Source of the DNA: a virus
Virus record (IMG/VR): IMGVR_UViG_3300030329_006605
Location: 1 to 64,000 of that record
Length of the DNA stretch: 64,000 nt
Strand: one strand, 5' to 3'
In this document: piece after piece, positions 1-9,000 of the stretch
Numbering within the stretch: the first letter of the stretch is position 1
Layout: each line of letters opens with the position of its first letter
Notes under the pieces: model-generated
Databases searched by the model: none
Seen by the model: the letters and a program-made list of their open reading frames with translations, nothing else
What the model was told of the DNA's origin: nothing
Translations under genes and position numbers: made by a program

Positions 1-3000
1 ATCTTTAACATCAAATCCTTCATCGCCAGCAGTTGCAATCATTTTTGATCTAAGCTCTCCAACTTCTAAAAATGCGCCCTTGATGTCGCCCACCTCTCCG
101 GCAATTCGATTGATATTGTGCACGTGTGCTTGAAATTGTTTTATAGCCTGCTGTTGGTTTTCTAGACTAAAGCTTCTAGCTTTGTCGAATTGCCCCTGCG
201 CTATCCCGCGCATTGGTTCATATTGGTTCCCCACAATCTTCTTTATAGCATCCAAAATCCCAACCATCTGTCTTGTATTACCGGCAGTTTCCTCAAGGGG
301 TGTGTCTCTCATTATCTGCTTCATTGCCGCTTCGTAAACCTTTGGATCATCTGCCGCTCTTTCCATTTCTTCTGCTGCAGCAATCATTTGAGACCTCTTG
401 GCTGGGTCCATCTCTGAGGTAGCACGGCTTCTCATTGTGTCTGCTGCGTTTAAAGTGTGTTGTTTGAGTAGGCCCGCGTATTCTCCAATCGCCATATCAC
501 GCATAGCCTCCGCGGCTCCACCACCGTCAGGAGATTGACCGGTAATTTTTTCCCAAGATTTTAAAAGCATCAGAGCTCCTCTGCCTTGTTCTGCGCCGGT
601 CGGTCCTGTGGTAAATTTATCAAGGCCTAATGTAAATTTTTCTATGAGTGGGTCCATGGACTTTGGATCCAAGAAAGCGTTTATTCCGCCCATTCTATCT
701 AATTCTCTTTTATCTTGACGAACTAATTGGGCGTGTAATTTTTGTTGTATTAATTCTCTAAGCTGATGAACGTTATCCATATGCAGAGTACTCAATATTT
801 CTGTAATTTTATCTGTTTGCTCGTCGATACCAGATTTAAGAGTTTCGGTCTTCATGAAGGTCTCTTTATTTGCGTCAACAATTTGTTTTAATTTATCAGC
901 CACGTCAGTTATGCTTCCGGCACCGCCCTCTTGCGCAGTCTTTTGTAGCATAGCTACTTCTTCACCTATTGCTAGCACCGCCTTCAATTTCTTTTCTGCT
1001 TGGAAGGTCGCCGCTTTATTTCTTTCAGACCCGCCCGCACTTCTTTTTTCTTCTGCGCCAGCTTTGATTCTGGATATTTGATCAAACACTTTATCAAACA
1101 TTCCTGATTGAGCTTTTCTCATTTCGTCTCCGAGTTTAACACCCGAGTCTTCCATTATTTGGCTAAGTTTAACATCATATTCTAATTGCGCTGTTGTTTC
1201 TTCGCCCATGAATGGTGCCATTCTTTTTATTTCTAACTCCATTCTGGATCGTTCTAAATTTCTACCCATTCTGGAATCTAATCCAAGTCCCGTTCCATCT
1301 TTGCCCATTCTATCGTCGATCTGTTTTTTGAACTCAGCCCTACGCCCCATAGCCTTTAAGAATTGGAAATAAGCTTCCTTCGCGTCATTTAATACATCAA
1401 TGGAGTCTTTATGAGCTTTTGTTAATTGTTCTGCTTTTATTCTTTCTTGATCGCGGACCTCCCTTAAAGCTTCTAGTGTATTTTTAGAGTTTTGCATTTG
1501 AGCGGATATTTCTACAATGGCATCAAAATATGTCTGCAAGCCTGTTGCGTCTACGTCACCTTGTTCAACGCCCCTGCGCTGTCCCTCAATTATTAACTTC
1601 ATTTGGTCCGTTTGGTTTGGTATAGATTCCAAAGCGGACACAATATCACTTGCCGACGCGCCTTGTAGCTCCGGTGCACGGTCAGCCATAAACTGTAATT
1701 GTTCTGAGTCAAGAGATTTTGAAAAAGCCTTTGCGTCACTACGCGCATCCATTCTTCCCTTGATTGTCTCTGTATTGTAGACTTTATCGTTCATTCCCAA
1801 GATGCCTTCCGTAAAGAAGTCATGCCAGTCGTCAACCGCGTCAACAGCTTCAGCTAATGATGCAGCAAGAGATATCTGTTGTAATTTTTGACCTTCTTCG
1901 TAAAGGGCTTTTGCGATGAGTTCTTGCTGCTTGGTGGTGTCGTTAACGGCCATTAATTGCGCTCGGTATTGATCCGGAACATCTGCAAGAGTTTCAGCCA
2001 TTTCCCTTTCCAACCTTACGATTGTTTCTGCGTGAGAATTTACATCTGCATATGCCGCCGCTAATTTTTGTGAAACTTGAGTAAACTTTTGTGTGCTATC
2101 GGAAAGTTTGGTAAATTTCTCTTTCGTTTTTTCCATTTCTTCTTTGAGCGCTGGACCGGCATCATTTAAAGAATTATATAGGGATCCCACCACGCCCGTT
2201 ATTCCAACGAAGGCGCCCGCAGCCACTCCTATCGGACCCGGAATCATCATCATTGCTGTTCCAGCCATAGAAGCGGCTTCCGACATACCGCTTAAAGCGG
2301 TTTTTGTTTTTTTCATTTCTTCCGGAAGCATGCCGCCCGCTATATTCATAGCCATGCCTCCACCCATACCAGCAACCATGCCTTTTTTCTTAATGTTGTC
2401 GGTTCTTTCTGCGCGAGCTCTCGCGGCGGCTTCTTTATCAGAGGTGTCCCTTAACTCACTTTCCCACGCTGACCTCGATTTTGTCTCCCCCTCTATTGTT
2501 ATTTGTTGTTCGGGGGCAATAACTTTCCCACTATCATCCATAGAATACCCCTCGGCTTCGAATCTAGCAACCTCGCTTGTGAATTCGTTTTTTAGCTCCT
2601 CCTTGGCTATTTTGCTTGCGGCGGCTTTGCCCTCCCTCGTGGTTCGTTCTCCACGCATAAAATGATCCTTACCTTTATCATCTGTTATTGTCCTTCCGCT
2701 AGCGATAATTTCATCTGTTTTTGCTTTAAGGATATCACCCTTAGGCTGATATCTTGAAGGGTCTTTGCCTACTTCCATTTTTAAAGCTTTATATTTTTGT
2801 TCTGCTCCCGCCGCTGATTGACCGGCCCCCTCAAGCTCTCTCTGCAAAAGACCTAATCTGCCTCCTAGCCTTTCTATCTCTTTTAAAACTGGATTAATAA
2901 CTGGTTCTATCTCGCCCATCTGACCGGAATAAGCTAGCATTCCCAATCCCATCGGCCCCATTAAATCACCTAAACCAAATCCTTCTTCCGCAAAATTAGG

Positions 3001-6000
3001 AACAAATCCACTTGCAGCATACCTTTCTTTGCCAGAGCCGGTTTTACCTAGATTAACCCGGTCTGCTTTTTGCCCTCGATCTATGTGATCTTTCTTGATG
3101 ATTTTATCAGCGCTATAGCCATGTTCACGAGCTTGACTTCTATTAACTACCACCTCTTGTCCTAGTCTATTAGATGTCAAAGCTATCGCGCTACCAGCCA
3201 AAGCTTTTTCTCGCTGCATTGATTCAATCATCGGGTTAAAGTTCGGAACAAAACCGCCATACTTTTGCCGTTTTATTGCGTGACGCCTCATGTCTGGGCG
3301 CACTTCTTCAACCTGAGATAAAAATTCGTCTTGATCAGTTGGGAGTTGTAAAGATCCGACAACAGAACCCCAACTTCTAGTAAATAAATCAGAAGGAGTA
3401 TCAAGCCTACCAATTCTTTGTTTCATAATTTGCTCAGGGCCACCCTCCGCCTCTAACGCTATAAGTCTGTTTGATTTTTCGACCGTTTGTTTAGTAAGTT
3501 CGTTATTTAAATTGTCAGAAGCTTGAACAACTACAATTTTATCAGAATCAATAATGTCCTGCTCAGATTGAATAGGAGTACCCTTACCACCTTCTTTTAT
3601 TCCAGCAAAAGTTGATTTACCTACGCCCGAAGGCCCCATTACCGTCGTTATAGGCTTACCAGAATTTAGGGCAAATCTAACTAACTCATCATAGGCCAGT
3701 CTTGACCCCTTGCCCTTTTGTTTAAAAGTGTCCCAATCAAGAACTCCTCTAGCGGCAAAGTTCGGAACAAAACCGGAAGCGTAATCTCCAGCTTGCGAAT
3801 ATTTTGCTATTTTTTGACCCCTCCGTAAGTCTGCGTCAGTCTCTGCTCCACCCAGAGGGATTTCTGTGTCCAAATCTTCAGAAACTCCAAGCACCTGAAG
3901 GCCCAGATTTATGCTATCTTTAAAATTTGCATCGCCCTCTTTAAATTGTGAATCCGCATTGGCCACACTTCTAGCAAGAATGTCTCTAGAATGTTTTCCT
4001 ATGGTTGCTTTAAACCATTCGTCTATAGAATTTACTCCCCCCACTTCCTTTGAAACCATTTCTTTATTTTTAGCTTCACCAGATGTTACCAATTCTTCAG
4101 GGTTGAGCCCAGAAGATTGACCAAGAGCAGCGCTCCTTGTATGACCTTCAGGATAAACAATATCAGCAGAATAACTATCGCTCGTTAAACCACTCTTAGC
4201 CGTTGCTTGTCCTTTTAAAGTTGTTCTTCTCGCAGCTTTATCAACGCCTTCTATCAGGTGCTTGTTTTCGTCAAGCGTATCCATTATGTATTCATCTGCA
4301 CCAGTTCTAAAACCCCCAGTCTCTTCGGCCATTATATCTTCTAAAATATCAGCTTTTGCTTTTAATCCAGCAGCCTTTTGGGCGTCAACTATTTTTCTTG
4401 CTTTGTTAAACTCTTCTTCGAATTGCTTAGCTCTTAAGTGGGGTGCAACATATCCTTTATCTCCTTCGGGTTTGAATGCATCCGGATGAATAGTGTCTAA
4501 ATACGCTTGGGCGGCTTCTTCCGTGGTGTATTTCTCTTTACCTTCTCCTAGAACCGGGTCAGCAATTCTCTGCCAAGAAGCTCCACCCCTGCTGCCCACG
4601 ATTTTTTCCTCCCCCATTTTTTCGTTAACACCACCAAAAGCTTTAATAAGTGTTTCACTTTGAATTTGATCGTCAGATTCGATAGGTCCGGCGCCAAATG
4701 GCCATTCTCTTCCCGCACTCTTTGGGCCTAATTGAGATATACCAATAACTTTATCCATTTTTATCTGACCAGCGGCGTAAGCTTTTTGATCTGGCGTATT
4801 GATAATACTTGGATTTAATCCCGCAAGCCTAGCCTGAATACCCATTGGTCTCATATTGTTTAAATAAAAACCGACCTCTTTTGGAGAAGGAACAGGTAAT
4901 CCAGCACGCTTGTATCTTTCTGTTCGGGTTGCTCTCTCTAATCTGTCTTTAGATTGACCTCCTCCCCCCGGGGTCAAAGCAGAACTTAAAATTTCATTAT
5001 TTGTATTTGTTAGAATCTTCTCCAAATCAGAAGCTGACCCACTTTTGGTTGCGTGTAGGGCTACTAAATCAGATACAGAAGAACTAAAGCTATAACGATA
5101 CCCGCTGTCGGGATCGCCACCAAGAAAATCGTACTCCAAGAAGTTGGGAACATGACCGACTGCTCCATGTATACCCCCTATTCTTTTTACTTCTTGTTCG
5201 GTTCTTGGAGAATGATGCTGCCATCCTCCTGCTGCAAGTTTTGGGAGCTCTTGGTCGGGACCAAGCCAATTTTGCGCATCAAAATAGATTGCTTTTTCCA
5301 TTGCAAGATCTATAAGTCTGGTAACTGCCTCTTGCCCCCCTCTGCCCGCGGCAGCCTGCATAGCAAACCACCTCCGAGTCTTTTCTTGATTCATTAGGCG
5401 TTTCGTGCCGTGTTTGGTTTCTCTTAAACCGCTCGACGCCTCACTTCTACGAGTAAGTTCCCCTGCTGTACCGGGGCTACCGTCTGCGGATCCAATCTCT
5501 GGAGCGGAACCAACCTCTTCATCACCGGGTGTTAATTCTAACATGGCTCCGCGATGCTCTGCCCATCTTTGCGCAATTTCCTCGCTTCTACTTAGCGAAG
5601 CAACTCCAGCGGGAGATACCGATTTGGAGCTTTGCTCAGCTAGCCACGCTTCAAAAGATCTCAGTGATTCTTCAGTAGTATTCCCTTGGCCGGCCTGTTT
5701 TTCTTTACCCGTGACAGGACCATAAGACATGTCTGGCCTGCCCGCTTTACCGTATTGATATTCTCCTTCACTATAACCCCTAAAGAGATCTAAGAAATTC
5801 GGAACATAACCCGTGCTTTTTTTGCCACCAAAAAGTGAAGAAATTTTTCCTTCCGCCCATTCTCCCCAAGTTTGCCCCGCGTCAGATGGAGGAGTTGATG
5901 GGTCGTCTTGTGTTGGTGAAGATAATTTTTCCTTGACCCATTGCTTGGCCGCTTTTACTCCAAAGAAATCTTGCTCTTCTGCATCGCGTTGGTCGTGCTG

Positions 6001-9000
6001 TAACTGAAAGATTTCGGATTCATTTTTTGTCCCTTTGTGCGGTGCGGTGGGGTCAACTAGGGTGTCTTCAGCTATTAATCTGTCAATTTCCTTCTTGCGA
6101 GTATTTTGGAAGAAATCGGTGCTCTCTATTATAGTTTCTAATATACCGTGGTTGTAATCCTGACCCGGGAACTTTCGCCCGGCGAATGGTGGCTCGCTTT
6201 TTGTTTGCCCGAAAGGTACGTCGGGGTCGTACATCATTCCTTTTATAATTGTGTATGGTACTCCAACGAACTGCGCTGCTTTTTGAAGCTTTTCAAGCCA
6301 TGGGCTTGGTGTCCCTGCTTGAGAATGAAACGGAATTTGTTGAGGAACCAAATCAAGTAAGGTCTGTTGGGTTTGAGGATCGAGGAGAGGATCGAGAAAA
6401 AAGTTTGGAATATAACCCATGCTTTTCATTTGGGCTAAGTTTTCTGGTTTAGCTAAATTTAAAATTCTTTCTATATCATCTACGGTTTCAATATTGTCGA
6501 AGCCTTCATCTAAAGTGGGAGCTTCAAATCGATTATACATTCCCTCAATAGCCGCTTCTGGAATAGTTTTACTTCCCCCTTTTTCTTTTATTATTTCCGC
6601 TCTTCTTGCGGTTATAGCTTTTATAGCAGACTTGACATCCTCTTGTTTTCTGGGGTCAAGATTAGATATATCCCCAAATACTACCGCTTCTTTTTCGTAG
6701 TCTTTAATTGTATCTTGATCGAACATTTCTAAGGACATTTTTCTTTCCCTAGCGCTCATGTTAGTCATATCAACCGAAATGTCTTTTCCAGATTTACTCG
6801 CTTCAGAAACTCTTGCGTCAAATCTTTTTTGAATTTCTCCCCGAGCCTCTAAAACATTACTCCAAACTAATTCCGGTATCCAAGGTTGATCTTCAGCGAG
6901 CTTTGGATCAAAATCAGGATTTACCATAGCTGTTCCTAATTTCGGATGAATCGCCCCAACCTTAACTTCTTCTCCGGGTATTTCGAATGTATCGTCATAA
7001 CTCATACCCATATCCGCGACAACTTCATTTACTACATCATCTCTACTTATAATAAAATCATCTGGGGCATTTTTCTGCAACCAAGTTGATTTGCCTACGC
7101 CCGGCGCACCCACGAGTGTTCTTAATTTTTTTGCAAAATTCGGCACATAACCAGAAGCCTTCGAGTCGCGTCCAAACATTTTTCTAGCTTTGTCTGGGAT
7201 ACTTCCTAAATCGTCAAGATCGGTGGAGAGAATGTCTCCCGCTCCTTCAGCCAATCTTTCTAACCATTTGGGGTCTTTAACTTTATCATCAATACTGAGG
7301 GGGTCGAAACCATCCTCACTAAACATAGAACGTAACCCCGCGTATCCCGCTGAGGCTGCCATTGCGCCCGTGGTCACAAGCTGCCCTGCTTCAGCCAATA
7401 TAGCGGGGTCAATGAAATTCGGCACGTGACCAGCAAACCTTTTTGAGCCGCCGGGATTTGCTCCTCTATTTGCGTGCTTACTTTCAAAAGATTGAACTCC
7501 GGTAATTTCTGGTATACCAAGTTTATTTATTTCTTCAATATTTTCTGCAGCATCGTCCCCGAGATTGAAGCGCGGGGTTACCCCGCCTTTATCTTGAGCT
7601 TTTCTGTGCATTCTTGCTAGAACTAAAGCTTTCTTTTGCGCCGAATTTAAATGTTTCCATCTTCTACTACCCTTACCTTTTGGCCATCCTTTCTCATCTA
7701 AACTTTCGTATTGATCATCAAGCCTACCACCCGGCGCAAAATCACTAGGTCTAACTACGCCCACTTCGAGACCCGTGCTGGGATCGATCTGGGCAAAATC
7801 ATATCCTTGTTCTATTTTTATGTCATTGAACAAATCTCCAGTAGTTATTACGCCTTTGAGGTTTACGTTTTTATTTAATAGATTTTCTTCAATTGTCGGC
7901 TTTGACTTTCTACCTCTCGCTGTAAGAATTTCTACCCTACGTTGCGAATCTACCATCTCTTGCCCAACACCCACTTGTGTTGTTGGAGCATCAGTGTCTT
8001 CGGGTGAGCCAGTTAAAATACCCTGCTTGGCAGACCAAGCTTGAGCAAGCTGAAAACCCTTTACATTCGCTGGGTAAGTTACTGTATGCTCGTCATAATC
8101 ATCAAATTGAACCAACTCGTCATCTGATAGTTCGCTAGGTCTTATAAAATTGGGAACATACCCCGTTGCATAGTGTGGTTTCGTACCGAACCCAAAAGTT
8201 CCAGCTTCATCCAAAGCTCCTCTTTGTTGTTCCAATCTATCCCACTCAGGCTGAGGAGGCCCGTCTGGATAAACTGCATTAACCATGCCCGCCGCAATCC
8301 CCCGAAGTATTTCTCCGTTTTGATCTGGATCTTCTTCAAACCAACCGTACAAGGATTTAGCCATAGCATCGCCGCTAGCACCCCCGCCCTTCATAATTTT
8401 CTCCACTTCAGGAGGTAAAACATCTGCGGCTGCGGGTGAGTTCGATAACCTTTGAATTAAGTGTATTGATTTTTTAACATCTCCTTCATTAGATGCGGGC
8501 AACAAGCCTTCAAAATCTCCAGCCGGATCAGATTTAGCATGACTAAGTCTATCTTCTCCGCTTCCCGCCCCCCAGATAGCATCTGTTCCAAAAATCTTTT
8601 CGGCGGCCTTAAGTCTGTTCGCTTCTATAGTCTCAGCAATAACTCTCTCTTCATCTCCACGCTCTTTATCTACGCCTTTTATAGCTCCAGCTAGTTCATG
8701 TCCAAGCGCAACGCCAGCATGTGCGCCTTTTACTCCAGTAAAAGATAATGTTTCCGCTTCGCCTTTTACTTTATTACCCTTTTCGTTGAAAGCCCTTGGG
8801 TTTGCGAATTCGATTTGTAAATTATTTATTGCATCTTCGTAATTATTAAAAGCTTGACCTTCGTAAGTAAAATTTGTTGCCGCTTTAAATCTTTCTAGTT
8901 CTATAAGATGTTTGCTTTGTTCTTGTAATACTAATAATTTTTTATGTGCTTGTGGGTCTGTGATAGCTGGAGCTTTTATTTCTATTCCTGAGTCTGGTAG

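Noticed and set aside
8686-8706. LGHELAG as a zincin HExxH motif in module 2
   Set aside because: The second histidine is absent.
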